From Dehalococcoidia bacterium (GTDB lineage: Bacteria > Chloroflexota > Dehalococcoidia > Lucifugimonadales > UBA2985), in contig JACVQK010000001.1 in the NCBI GenBank assembly GCA_015661155.1, positions 24,261 to 88,260 of the forward strand: DNA of 64,000 nucleotides, in the 5' to 3' direction. Position numbers and translations under genes: made by a program. Under the pieces are notes generated by a model that was not told where the DNA came from, searched no databases, and saw only the letters and a program-made list of their open reading frames with translations. This document shows, in pieces, positions 18,837 to 27,825 of this stretch (the stretch's first letter is position 1; every line of letters starts with the position of its first letter).

Positions 18837-19880
18837 CTAGGTTGGTCGGTGGTATTCCAGGACTGGTTCCCCATCAGTCCGTGTGAGGAGTTCGCCTAAG
18901 ATAAAGTATGTGCCAAGGGCGGCAGTGCGTGCGTCTGGCTGTGTGATCTCGCTATGGGCCTTACTATCAAGGTCATTCAACTTGGCAATAGAGTAATAGA
19001 TACGCTCCGTTTCAGCTTTAAGGTAGGCCCCTGTTGCTCCTGTAAGCCCTTTCTGGTGCAAGTATGCCGTTAGCCGATTGATGTAGCTGTTATCAGAGAC
19101 ATCAAGCTTGTTGTCTCTTCCCTTACCTTGCAGGAGTTCATACGTATCGCGCGGGTCGCTCCATAAATACTTGGCCAAGTCGTGAAGTATGTCTCGGCAA
19201 CTCCACATGACATTTCTCCAATCTTGTGGATTGTCAGACTTCAGACCGGCCTGGATAGTATCCAGGTGTCCATTAAGTCCTATTTTTGTCAGTTTTACTT
19301 CTACTGTGGTTCGGTATGCCTGGAACAAGTCTTGTAGGGCACTGCCGTAGCGAAGCGTGGAGTAGGCTTGGGAGACGAAAATGAAGACCGAGTTCTCTAT
19401 GGTCTTGAGCACATTTTGGAAGACTTGCTTGTCAAACCGTTCAATCAGAGCTGTTTCAACATACTGATCCTGAAACCTGATATATTTGGTTGACTTTTGT
19501 CCGGTTGGCTCGATGTGCCCAGTCTGTGCAGCTGACAAAATCCAGTCGATTCCAGCCCGTAGTTCCATGCTCGTAGATGAGGAGGGTTCCTCTGAAGTAC
19601 GGTGTGAGTCATCGACAACGCTAGCTATGATTGTGCGCAACCCCCCGAGCGTTATCCACTCCGTACGGCCTCGAACTTCTTTGCGATACCAGGGTAGTTC
19701 AGTACCGGAGGGATATCCCTCTAGCTCGTGCCTAAACCAGGAAAGTCGTTCTTCCCAGCCAAGAATCTGGCACGCAAGGAAACACTGACGGAGTGCAATC
19801 TTGAGGTCAGCGCTAGCGCCGCTAAGACTAGCAAGCACGGAGTGAAAAATTTCGATTGCTTCTTCTTGTGGGCTGTGCAT
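18837..19880 (-). CDS. AbiTii-like abortive-infection family protein (347 aa)
   Basis: The N-terminal segment SADLKIALRQCFLACQILGWEERLSWFRHELEGYPSG..LPWYR follows the AbiTii N-terminal pattern (..LA..L....L..W...ELnGY). Markedly lower GC than flanks. The C-terminal half contains RLTAYLH, which fits Rx4-6H. Confidence 0.7.
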   Translation of the reverse strand: MHSPQEEAIEIFHSVLASLSGASADLKIALRQCFLACQILGWEERLSWFRHELEGYPSGTELPWYRKEVRGRTEWITLGGLRTIIASVVDDSHRTSEEPSSSTSMELRAGIDWILSAAQTGHIEPTGQKSTKYIRFQDQYVETALIERFDKQVFQNVLKTIENSVFIFVSQAYSTLRYGSALQDLFQAYRTTVEVKLTKIGLNGHLDTIQAGLKSDNPQDWRNVMWSCRDILHDLAKYLWSDPRDTYELLQGKGRDNKLDVSDNSYINRLTAYLHQKGLTGATGAYLKAETERIYYSIAKLNDLDSKAHSEITQPDARTAALGTYFILGELLTRTDGEPVLEYHRPT

Positions 19881-19922
19881 GCTTACATTATAGTCGCTTT
19901 GTGAAACGAAAGGAGCCTAATT

Positions 19923-20021
19923 GTCATTGCGAGGAGGCGATAGCCGACGAAGCAATCTGGAGGAAGGGTGCACCCCGCATCCGGATTGCCACGGCCCTCC
20001 TTCGTCGGGCCTCGCAATGAC
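19923..20021. repeat. long imperfect hairpin element (GTCATTGCGAGG...CCTCGCAATGAC type)
   Basis: Termini GTCATTGCGAGGAGG / GGCCTCGCAATGAC with inner pair GAAGCAATC / GGATTGCC. A half-copy lies at 36354-36400 and a related element at 53068-53180. Confidence 0.8.
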
Positions 20022-20143
20022 ATTGACAGAGAACTTCAGTAACACCACACTAGTGCGTTTGCAGAGGTTTGGGGCTTCCGGCGGGCTCCTTCAGGCTACG
20101 GGGGACAGGCTCAAGGGAAGAGATTGGCAACTCTGCGTCCTGC

Positions 20144-20854
20144 CTATCCCCTCAGCTTGTCCGCCAGCCACGTCTTCAGGAGAGGGTGAAGCTGCTCCCG
20201 GCACTCCCGAAGGCTGTGACCCGCTCCCGGGTACAGCACCAGCTCCTTGGGCTCCCGGGCCATCTGGAATATCTGCTGAGAGCAGTGGGGGCCCAGACGG
20301 GTGTCAGCCTCGCCGTGAACCAGGAGAAGGGGCCGTGGAGACACCAGGGAGACGTAGTGAGCACCGTAGGTCTGGCTGGCCAGGCCCACCACTGTTGCCA
20401 CCGCGTCGCATAGCGGAGCGGCCGCGATGACCACGGCGCCGCCCAGGGAGTGGCCCACCAGGGCCACCCGCGAATGGCCCCGCTCCTGGAGGAAGTGAAC
20501 CCCCGCTACTACGTCCAGCACGCAGTCCAGGAAGCTGTTCGACTTACGGTAGCTCAGCCGGAGGGAGGAGATTCCCTCTTCCGTAAGCTCGTCGGAGAGA
20601 AGGGGGTAGAGGCCCCCACCCCCGTTGAATCCCCCGCCGACCCCGGCAACCCACAGGACAGCCCTGGTGGCCTCCGCGGCCCGGTGAAAGAGACATCGGA
20701 TGGAACCCATGTTGGTGCGCAGCAGGACGCCAGTCCCGCCGTTGGCCTCGGGCAGCAGCCACGGCGCGGCCCCCCGAAACTGGATGGGAAGTGTGGCCCC
20801 CGCCAGCAGGTCCTCCCATGTCAGCTCAGCTACCACCCTTGACCCTTCCCACAA
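20144..20854 (-). CDS. alpha/beta hydrolase (dienelactone hydrolase-like)
   Basis: Nucleophile elbow VALVGHSLGGAV, later LLLVHGEADT and GAGHSL. The start overlaps the aminotransferase stop; an alternative GTG lies near 20836. Confidence 0.8.
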   Translation of the reverse strand: MWEGSRVVAELTWEDLLAGATLPIQFRGAAPWLLPEANGGTGVLLRTNMGSIRCLFHRAAEATRAVLWVAGVGGGFNGGGGLYPLLSDELTEEGISSLRLSYRKSNSFLDCVLDVVAGVHFLQERGHSRVALVGHSLGGAVVIAAAPLCDAVATVVGLASQTYGAHYVSLVSPRPLLLVHGEADTRLGPHCSQQIFQMAREPKELVLYPGAGHSLRECREQLHPLLKTWLADKLRG

Positions 20855-22028
20855 AGCGCTCCATTCGAGCCAGGGCCTCCTCTATCTCTCCGGCGGAAAC
20901 GGCGTAGCAGCATCTAACGTGCCCTTCGCCGCTGGGGCCAAAGGCGGAGCCTGGCACAATGGCAACCTTCTCCTCCATGAGCAGCCTCTCGGCGAACTCC
21001 TCGGAGGACATGCCAAGCCCCCGGATGGAGGGGAAGGTGTAGAAAGCGCCCTGGGGTTCCAGGCAGCTCAGGCCCAGCCGGTTCAGCCCCCGGACCATCA
21101 GGTGTCGCCGACGGTTGTACTCCTCTCGCATCTCCTCCACGGCTTCGTCTCCGGAGCGCAGGGCCTCGATGGCCGCCATCTGGCCCTGGATGGGCGCACA
21201 CAGCGCGGTGTACTGGTGCACCTTCATCATGGCCTCGATGATCTCCGGGCGGGAGCAGGCGTAGCCCACGCGCCACCCCGTCATGGCGTAGGACTTGGAG
21301 AAGCCCCCCAGGTGGATGGTGTGATCTGCCATTCCTGGCAGGGAGGCGAAGCAGGTGTGCTCCACTCCGTACACCAGGCGCTCGTAGATCTCGTCGGAGA
21401 CCACCAGCAGGTTGTGTCGCCGCACCATGTCCGCTATCCTCTCCATCTCCCGGCGGGGCATGACGGTTCCTGTGGGGTTGTTGGGGTAGCCCAGGAGGAG
21501 GGCCTTGGTTCTGGGGGTGATCCTGGCCTCTATGTCCTCGGGCCGTACCCTGAAGGAGTTCTCCATGTGGGTGGGCACGGTGACGGGGACTCCCCCTGCC
21601 AGGAGTACACAGGGTACGTAAGAGACGTAGGTGGGCTCTGGGATGATGACCTCGTCCCCGGGGTCCAGGATGGCCCGCATGGCCAGGTCCAGGCCCTGGC
21701 TGACCCCCACGGTGACGAGCACCTGATTGGTGGGGTCGTAGCTCAGAGCGTAGCGCTGGTTCAGATATTTGCTTATCCCCTGGCGCAGCTCCAGGAGGCC
21801 GTAGTTGGAGGTGTACATGGTGTACCCCTTCTCCAGGGAGTAGATGGCGGCCTCCCGGATGCGCCACGGCGTGACGAAATCAGGTTCCCCCACCCCCAGG
21901 GAGACGACCCCGTCCATGGAGGAGATGAGGTCAAAGAACCGGCGTATCCCAGAGGGAGAGAGGCTTCTCACCCTCTGGGATAGGGGGGACTTTCCCACCT
22001 CTGACTCTTGTCCCTGGCTCAAGGACAC
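20826..22028 (-). CDS. class I/II PLP-dependent aminotransferase (AspC/AlaT-like)
   Basis: 400 aa. PNNPTG and FSKSYAMTGWRVGY (PLP-lysine motif). Immediately downstream of an Lrp/AsnC regulator, as in alaR-alaT-type pairs. Confidence 0.9.
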   Translation of the reverse strand: MSLSQGQESEVGKSPLSQRVRSLSPSGIRRFFDLISSMDGVVSLGVGEPDFVTPWRIREAAIYSLEKGYTMYTSNYGLLELRQGISKYLNQRYALSYDPTNQVLVTVGVSQGLDLAMRAILDPGDEVIIPEPTYVSYVPCVLLAGGVPVTVPTHMENSFRVRPEDIEARITPRTKALLLGYPNNPTGTVMPRREMERIADMVRRHNLLVVSDEIYERLVYGVEHTCFASLPGMADHTIHLGGFSKSYAMTGWRVGYACSRPEIIEAMMKVHQYTALCAPIQGQMAAIEALRSGDEAVEEMREEYNRRRHLMVRGLNRLGLSCLEPQGAFYTFPSIRGLGMSSEEFAERLLMEEKVAIVPGSAFGPSGEGHVRCCYAVSAGEIEEALARMERFVGRVKGGS

Positions 22029-22031
22029 CTC

Positions 22032-22523
22032 CTACGGAGTGAGAGGGAGGCGCTTGGCCCCATCCTCTCCATCGAAAATCTCCCCGTCCTGTTTGTAGCG
22101 CTTGAGGAGAAAGTGGGTGGAGGTTCCCCGTACCTCCTCCAGGGCGGCCAGCTTCTGGGCCACGAAGTTGGCCACCTCTTTCATGCTCTTTCCCGCGAGA
22201 AGCACCGAGAGGTCGAAGTCCCCCGACACCAGGTGGAGGGAGCGCACCTCTGGAAACCGGGCTATTCTCTGGGCCACACTATCAAAGCCCACATCCCGCT
22301 GGGGAGTGACCCGTATCTCCACCAGGGCCAGCACCTCCTCCGTGCCGGCGCGTTCCCAGTTGATGAGGGTTTTGTACTTCACTATTATCCTGTCCCGCTC
22401 CGCCGCCGCAATGGTTCCCTTTACCTCCTCCTCTGGCACACCCGTCATCTCGGAGATCTCCTGGGGTGTTGCCCGGGCGTTACGCTCCAGAATGTCCAGG
22501 ATCTCTGTTCTAACGTCTCTCAT
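22032..22523 (-). CDS. Lrp/AsnC family transcriptional regulator
   Basis: Trimmed to MRDVRTEILDILERNARATPQEISEMTGV (HTH) plus a C-terminal RAM-like domain. The ATG at 22523 lies inside the duplicated gatA tail. Confidence 0.9.
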   Translation of the reverse strand: MRDVRTEILDILERNARATPQEISEMTGVPEEEVKGTIAAAERDRIIVKYKTLINWERAGTEEVLALVEIRVTPQRDVGFDSVAQRIARFPEVRSLHLVSGDFDLSVLLAGKSMKEVANFVAQKLAALEEVRGTSTHFLLKRYKQDGEIFDGEDGAKRLPLTP

Positions 22524-22980
22524 AGCTTCGGCCTCTTCTTGTGCCACTCTGTGGCCTGCTCATAGGTTGGTTACTATTCTCTAAAACCTCTACTTCGCTG
22601 GTCTTATCGCTCTTTAGATTGACCAATGCCCCGAATTGATACTGCAATGGTTCTCTGAACCAATCGTACTTGATCTTTTGGTAATCGCTCTCGATATCCT
22701 GTGGCCCACCATCTTTCTTGACTTCAATAACCAGGAAGTTGCGCTCGTGAGAGCCGCGTTCGTGGAAGATAATGTCAGGGCGCTTATTGTGGTAGCTTCC
22801 TTTCGTTATTTCTAAATCACAATCGTAGTCGCGTAGCAGCTTATGAACCTCGTTCGCGTAGTGGTGAGCCAGATTCCATTCAGTATTCCCTGATTCGGAA
22901 GTAAAATCGTAGATATTGGGCTGATTTTGAAATAGCGATTCCGCCGCTTGCCTTAATAGTATTTGAACCTCTTCATTCAT
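22510..22980 (-). CDS. PD-(D/E)xK nuclease-fold protein (standalone, 156 aa)
   Basis: Motif arrangement D..RPDIIFHERG..NFLVIEVKK (PD...ExK). Low GC. The C-terminal tail is read from the duplicated gatA segment in another frame. Confidence 0.6.
   Translation of the reverse strand: MNEEVQILLRQAAESLFQNQPNIYDFTSESGNTEWNLAHHYANEVHKLLRDYDCDLEITKGSYHNKRPDIIFHERGSHERNFLVIEVKKDGGPQDIESDYQKIKYDWFREPLQYQFGALVNLKSDKTSEVEVLENSNQPMSRPQSGTRRGRSYERR
22519..22567. repeat. 49-bp direct repeat, copy A (vestigial gatA 3' end fused to the lrp start)
   Basis: CTCATAGCTTCGGCCTCTTCTTGTGCCACTCTGTGGCCTGCTCATAGGT. It differs at 2 positions from copy B at 23164-23212. Confidence 0.9.
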
Positions 22981-23000
22981 AGTGATTTGTTTACACGATA

Positions 23001-23158
23001 CTAGCAGGGTGTTGAAAAACCCTTTCGACCATCCCCCTGGCCCCCTTCCTGGCCAGGAAGGGGGAAGAGTTTGAATCTGGGGGACACCCCCAGACCCCCG
23101 CCAGAAGGGGCTTTAGCCCCTCTGGATTCCCCTTTTTCTGCTAGTCTGTTCATAGGGT
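23001..23158. repeat. composite intergenic repeat, reverse orientation (right arm type 1, core, left arm)
   Basis: ..GAAAAACCCTTTCGACCATCCCCCTGGCCCCCTTCCTGGCCAGGAAGGGGGAAGAGTTTGAATCTGGGGGACACCCCCAGACCCCCGCCAGAAGGGGCTTTAGCCCCTCTGGATTCCCC. Confidence 0.9.
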
Positions 23159-23163
23159 TTGTC

Positions 23164-23212
23164 CTCATAGCTTGGGCCTCATCTTGTGCCACTCTGTGGC
23201 CTGCTCATAGGT
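23164..23212. repeat. 49-bp direct repeat, copy B (functional gatA 3' end)
   Basis: CTCATAGCTTGGGCCTCATCTTGTGCCACTCTGTGGCCTGCTCATAGGT. Confidence 0.9.
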
Positions 23213-24625
23213 GTATGCCACTCGTAGTATAGTCTCCTCTCCCAGGGGCTTGCCCATTATCTGCATCCCCACGGGAAGGCCATCCACAAACCCCGCGGGA
23301 AGGGACAGGGCTGGTATTCCAGCGATGTTGACGGGGATGGTACATACGTCGCTCAGATACATCTGCACCGGGTCCTCCATCTTCTCCCCCAGCTTGAAGG
23401 CCACCGTGGGCGAGGTGGGAGTGACCAGGACGTCGTATCTCTGGAATGCCTCCTGGAACTCGCGGCGGATGAGGGTGCGCACCTTCTGGGCCTTGAGGTA
23501 GTAGGCATCGTAGTATCCCGCTGACAGGGCGTAGGTGCCCAGCATTATACGCCGTTTTACCTCTGGGCCAAAGCCGTGCTGCTTGGTCTTCTCCATGGCC
23601 TGCCACATGGTGTCGGCCTGCTTGTAGGAGAAGCCGTACTTCACCCCATCGTACCGGGCCAAATTTGCCGAGGCCTCCGAGGGGGCGAGGATGTAGTAGA
23701 CCGCCAGGGCGTACCGGGTGTGGGGTAGGGAGGTCTCCTCCACCGAAGCTCCCATCTTCTCCAGGGTCTCCAGGGCCTTCTTGAGGGTCTCGGCAACGTC
23801 GCGGTTGATGCCCTCGACGTAGTACTCCCTGGGCACGCCGATCCTCATGCCCCGCACGTCGGCTTCCAGGGCACGGGTGTAGTCCGGGATGCCCTGGGGG
23901 ATGGAGGTGGAGTCTCGGGGGTCATGGCCGGCGATGGCGTTCAGCACCAGGGCGCAGTCGGTGACGTCTCTGGTCAGGGGGCCGATCTGGTCCAGGGAGC
24001 TGGCGAAGGCCACCAGCCCGTAGCGGCTCACCAGGCCGTAGGTGGGCTTCAGGCCGACGATGCCGCACAGGGCGGCGGGCTGCCGAATACTGCCGCCGGT
24101 ATCGGACCCCAGGGCGTACAGGCACTCTCCCGCGGCCACCGCCGCCGCTGGCCCGCCGCTGCTGCCACCGGGCACGCGCTCCATGCCCCAGGGGTTGTGG
24201 GTGGGGAAAAAGGCGGAGTTCTCCGTGGAGGAGCCCATGGCGAACTCGTCCATGTTCCCCTTCCCCACCACCACTGCTCCCTGGCCGTACAGCCTCTCCA
24301 CCACGGTGGCGCTGTAGGGAGGAACGAAGCTCTCCAGCATACGGGAGGAGCAGGTGGTGAGGACTCCCCGGGTGCACATGTTGTCCTTGATCTGCACTGG
24401 AACCCCTGTCAGGGGCGTGACCCGTCCCTCTGCCATGGCCTCGTCGGCCTCCCTGGCCTGTCTCAGGGCCATCTCCCCGGTGACGGTGACGAAGGCCTTC
24501 AGCCGGGGTTCCACCTCCATTATCCTGCCCAGGATGGCCTGGGTCAGCTCCCGAGAGGAGACCTGCCTGCTATCCAGAAGCCCTCGGGCTTCGTGGAGGG
24601 TGAGGTCGAAGAGATTTGCCGCCAT
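23165..24625 (-). CDS. gatA: Asp-tRNA(Asn)/Glu-tRNA(Gln) amidotransferase subunit A
   Basis: 486 aa with the amidase signature [26 protein letters not shown]. Confidence 0.95.
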   Translation of the reverse strand: MAANLFDLTLHEARGLLDSRQVSSRELTQAILGRIMEVEPRLKAFVTVTGEMALRQAREADEAMAEGRVTPLTGVPVQIKDNMCTRGVLTTCSSRMLESFVPPYSATVVERLYGQGAVVVGKGNMDEFAMGSSTENSAFFPTHNPWGMERVPGGSSGGPAAAVAAGECLYALGSDTGGSIRQPAALCGIVGLKPTYGLVSRYGLVAFASSLDQIGPLTRDVTDCALVLNAIAGHDPRDSTSIPQGIPDYTRALEADVRGMRIGVPREYYVEGINRDVAETLKKALETLEKMGASVEETSLPHTRYALAVYYILAPSEASANLARYDGVKYGFSYKQADTMWQAMEKTKQHGFGPEVKRRIMLGTYALSAGYYDAYYLKAQKVRTLIRREFQEAFQRYDVLVTPTSPTVAFKLGEKMEDPVQMYLSDVCTIPVNIAGIPALSLPAGFVDGLPVGMQIMGKPLGEETILRVAYTYEQATEWHKMRPKL

Positions 24626-24921
24626 TACTCCAGCACCGCCTTGACCCGGAAGAAGTCGCCCTCCCTGTGGGGAGCGTTGGCCAGGATGTCCTCCTTGGGA
24701 AAGGGAGGGTGAGGTTCGTCCTCTCTCATCACGTTTTCCAGGGCCACCGAGTGCCCGGTGGGAGGGACGTCGGTGGTGTCCACCTGTTTCAGCACCTCGA
24801 AGCTCTCCAGGATACTGGAGAGCTGGTGGCGAAAGTGCTTAGCGTCCTCCTCACTCAGCCCCAGGCGGTAGAGAAGGGCGATGTGCCGGACTTCCTCGAT
24901 GCTCAGTTTAGGAGATGTCAT
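24625..24921 (-). CDS. gatC: Asp-tRNA(Asn)/Glu-tRNA(Gln) amidotransferase subunit C
   Basis: 98 aa. [49 protein letters not shown] overlap with gatA. Confidence 0.9.
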   Translation of the reverse strand: MTSPKLSIEEVRHIALLYRLGLSEEDAKHFRHQLSSILESFEVLKQVDTTDVPPTGHSVALENVMREDEPHPPFPKEDILANAPHREGDFFRVKAVLE

Positions 24922-25005
24922 GATCGCTCACCCATCCGTTGTAAGGTCAGTTCAGTGTAGCAAAGAGGTCATCTTCCTTCAAGGCGCTGTACTGGGCGCA
25001 CATCC

Positions 25006-25479
25006 ATGTTGCCAGCTCACTCCGTCTCCCCCATCCGGTCTCCAGGTTTTGTTGATAGGAGCAGGCCTGGCGTTTATGGCTACGGAGACCTCGATGATAC
25101 TACATGGGTACGCGTTGATTCTCTGGGGCGCGCACGAAAGATCAAAGGTGAGTCTGAGCACTGGCTACTGCCACCCAATTATCACAGCCGCAATCCGCAT
25201 CCGGCTTACCAGCTAGGCCACGAATGGGCGGTAAGTTATGAATATCAAATGCTATTGGTCTATCCCAGGGCGGACGCATCGTTTTTGTCGTACGCCGGTA
25301 TGGTGAACTACTACTCCTCAATCCACAAGAGTGCCCGTGAGATCAATCCGAGGCTTCTCACCGAACTTACTCCTCTGGCTGTGAATGTCAACCCAAAAGG
25401 CACCCACTCACATCAGTGGAGTTACCCTGCTTTGGTGGACACCTGGAGATCGGTTATCGCCCTTCTTGCTCTTGTATGA
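25006..25479 (+). CDS. hypothetical protein in a low-GC spacer (possibly a truncated remnant)
   Basis: 157-aa ORF with mixed composition and no RBS seen. Its 3' end runs through a solo IS3-type end and antisense into ccmD. Confidence 0.3.
   Translation: MLPAHSVSPIRSPGFVDRSRPGVYGYGDLDDTTWVRVDSLGRARKIKGESEHWLLPPNYHSRNPHPAYQLGHEWAVSYEYQMLLVYPRADASFLSYAGMVNYYSSIHKSAREINPRLLTELTPLAVNVNPKGTHSHQWSYPALVDTWRSVIALLALV
25421..25450 (+). repeat. solo IS3-family terminal repeat-like sequence
   Basis: CCCTGCTTTGGTGGACACCTGGAGAT closely matches the reverse complement of 42848-42875 (CCCGCTTTGGTGGACACCTGGAGAAT) next to the IS3 transposase remnant. Confidence 0.6.
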
Positions 25480-25603
25480 GCCCTTCCAGGTAATGGGTGG
25501 ACTCCTGGAGCCTGGCCTGACGGCGGGCAAGCACAAGCACATAGCCCAGGATGATAATCCAGGCAATGGAAAAGGCGGCGGTCAGATACCACAGGTTGTC
25601 CAT
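25454..25603 (-). CDS. ccmD: heme exporter protein CcmD
   Basis: 49-aa ORF below the track cutoff: MDNLWYLTAAFSIAWIIILGYVLVLARRQARLQE... ATG immediately follows the ccmC stop (TAGATG). Single TM followed by a basic stretch, as in CcmD. Confidence 0.6.
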   Translation of the reverse strand: MDNLWYLTAAFSIAWIIILGYVLVLARRQARLQESTHYLEGLIQEQEGR

Positions 25604-26362
25604 CTACGCTTCCTCTCTTTCCTCCAACTCTTGAAGCAACACAGCGTTCCTGCGCTGGACAGCCTCGATGGCGGAGCGCAGCGACAGGAGAGCCAGGTAC
25701 AGGAACGTCATGGCCGCCAGACCCACTAGCAGAGCTACCAGCATGCGAGTGTCCAGGTTCAGGCCCCCACCGGTGAAAACGACCGGGTGAATGGTGCGCC
25801 ACCAGCGGATGCTGAAATACACGATGGGCACGTCCACGAAGGCCACAATTCCGAACACCGCGGCAAACCGCGCCTGCTGCGTGGGGTCTTCAATGGCGCT
25901 GCGCAGCATCAGGTACCCCACATACACCATCCAGAGAAAGAGGGTGGTGATAAGGCGGGGGTCCCATGTCCACCAGGCACCCCAGACAGGCTTTGCCCAG
26001 AGAGACCCCAGAACGAGGGCCAGGGAGGTGAACAACACGCCGATCTCCGCCGAGGAGACGGCAAGGATGTCCCACCTCTCCTGCCGGCGGTACAGGTACA
26101 CCCCGCTGGCGACGAAGGTGACGAAGAAGGCAAGGAAAGCCACCCAGGCAGCGGGCACATGGATGTAGAAGATGCGCTGGACGTTGCCCATGGTGGCCTC
26201 CCGGGGAGCGAAGGCCAGGGCAAAGTACATGGCCACGGGCATCGCCAACAGGGCGGCCCAGGCAAAGGTGCGTGGCGTCCCCAGGCCGTGTCGCAGACGA
26301 GGGAACTCATGGGTGGCCATCGGTGTTCCAAGGCGAGGCGAGACCCCGAGATATTCACGCAT
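25604..26362 (-). CDS. ccmC: heme exporter protein CcmC
   Basis: W-rich motif WAKPVWGAWWTWDPRL. Multi-TM. Start set at the ATG overlapping the ccmB stop (ATGCGTGA). Confidence 0.9.
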   Translation of the reverse strand: MREYLGVSPRLGTPMATHEFPRLRHGLGTPRTFAWAALLAMPVAMYFALAFAPREATMGNVQRIFYIHVPAAWVAFLAFFVTFVASGVYLYRRQERWDILAVSSAEIGVLFTSLALVLGSLWAKPVWGAWWTWDPRLITTLFLWMVYVGYLMLRSAIEDPTQQARFAAVFGIVAFVDVPIVYFSIRWWRTIHPVVFTGGGLNLDTRMLVALLVGLAAMTFLYLALLSLRSAIEAVQRRNAVLLQELEEREEA

Positions 26363-27098
26363 CACTACCCTCCAGCACGAACTCAAAGAGAAGGACACCC
26401 ACAGCTAGGAAGATGGCATCGAAGGCTGCCAGCAGCCCCAGCCATGGCAACAACTCGCCGACGGGCTTCTCCTGGAGCACCAGGGCGGTCGCCTCCACGC
26501 TCCCCACGACGACCGGCAGCACCACGGGCAGGAGCAGCACGGGCAGCAGCGCTTCCCTGGTGCGGGCGCTGGCGACCAGAGCGCTGAACAGGGTGCCGAC
26601 GGCGCAGAACCCCAGGGTGCCCAGGAGCACGACGGGCAGAATCAGCGGGTGCAGCAAGGGGATGTTGAATAGCAGCGCGAACAGGGGGAGGATTGCCATC
26701 TCCATGACCAGCAAGAACAGAAGGCTGGACACCACCCGCGCAGCGTAAACGGCCCCCCTGTCCACCGGCGCCACCAGGATACCGCCCAGGGACCCCCGGT
26801 CTTTTTCCCCTACAAAGGTGCGCCCCAGCCCCAGCACCCCGGCAAACACAAATGCCACCCACAGCAGGCCCGGCCCCAGCGCCTCCAGGCGCTGACGCTC
26901 CAGGTCCAGGGCGATGTTGAAGATGACCAGGGCGATGAGGGCGAAGACGAAGGAGTTGGCCACCGCCTCGCGGCGCCGCATCTCCACCCTGACGTCCTTC
27001 AACACCAGGGCCCAGGCCTTCCCCAGGGAGGCGTTGCGCGGCCTACGGGTGGTGGCCGTCGAGATAGGCGCGATATCTACACTCAAGCTCTTCAACAC
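26355..27098 (-). CDS. ccmB: heme exporter protein CcmB
   Basis: 247 aa, 6 TM. LKDVRVEMRRREAVANSFVFALIALVIFNIAL is the typical CcmB N-terminus. GTG start, uncertain. Confidence 0.85.
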   Translation of the reverse strand: MLKSLSVDIAPISTATTRRPRNASLGKAWALVLKDVRVEMRRREAVANSFVFALIALVIFNIALDLERQRLEALGPGLLWVAFVFAGVLGLGRTFVGEKDRGSLGGILVAPVDRGAVYAARVVSSLLFLLVMEMAILPLFALLFNIPLLHPLILPVVLLGTLGFCAVGTLFSALVASARTREALLPVLLLPVVLPVVVGSVEATALVLQEKPVGELLPWLGLLAAFDAIFLAVGVLLFEFVLEGSDA

Positions 27099-27825
27099 TC
27101 ATTGACTCCCTGGAAGCCTCGAAAGCCAGCTTCCCTCTGGCAAGAACTCCAAAGCGCGTCCCCAGCCGGTAACCTTCACCAATGCGATGCGTGGCTACGA
27201 GAACAGTCAGGCCATTCCCCAGCCCTTCCGACAAGACCTGGGATAGGACTTGGAGGGCCACACTGTCTAGGCCCGTGTCCGGCTCGTCCAGAAGGAGAAC
27301 CTGCGGCCCTCCCAACAGAGCCCGGGCCAGGGACAGCCGCTGCTGCATTCCGCGAGACATGGTGCGCACCAGGTCGTTGGCGCGCCTGGCCAGGCCAACC
27401 AGACCTAGCAACTCGGCGATGCGACCTGGCCCGTCGGAGACCTCGTACAGGGAGGCATACAGTTCCAGGTTCTCCCTGGCCGTCAGGTCCGGAAACAGGT
27501 ACATCTGGTGGGAGACCACCCCTACCATGGGGCGAACCATTGACGGCTCGGTAGCCACGTTGAAGCCGCCGACCCACGCCTCGCCGGACGTTGGGCGGAC
27601 CAGGGTGGCGAGGATGCGTACCAGGGTTGTCTTGCCCGCGCCGTTGCCGCCGAAGAGGACCAGGCACTCGCCAGGGGCCACTGTTAGGTCCAGGCCACGG
27701 AGCACCTGTCGCGGGCCATAGGAGAAGCGCAGATCGCGACAGAGGATTCCCTGGGTAGTCGCTGCTTTCTCTGCCGAGTCCTCGCTGCCTCGAACCCCGA
27801 CCCCGCTACTTGCGTTCGTTGTCAT
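27043..27825 (-). CDS. ccmA: cytochrome c biogenesis ABC ATPase CcmA
   Basis: Walker A GGNGAGKTT, signature MSRGMQQRLSLA, Walker B LLLDEP. Start at MTTNAS or 27855. Confidence 0.9.
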   Translation of the reverse strand: MTTNASSGVGVRGSEDSAEKAATTQGILCRDLRFSYGPRQVLRGLDLTVAPGECLVLFGGNGAGKTTLVRILATLVRPTSGEAWVGGFNVATEPSMVRPMVGVVSHQMYLFPDLTARENLELYASLYEVSDGPGRIAELLGLVGLARRANDLVRTMSRGMQQRLSLARALLGGPQVLLLDEPDTGLDSVALQVLSQVLSEGLGNGLTVLVATHRIGEGYRLGTRFGVLARGKLAFEASRESMSVEELECRYRAYLDGHHP

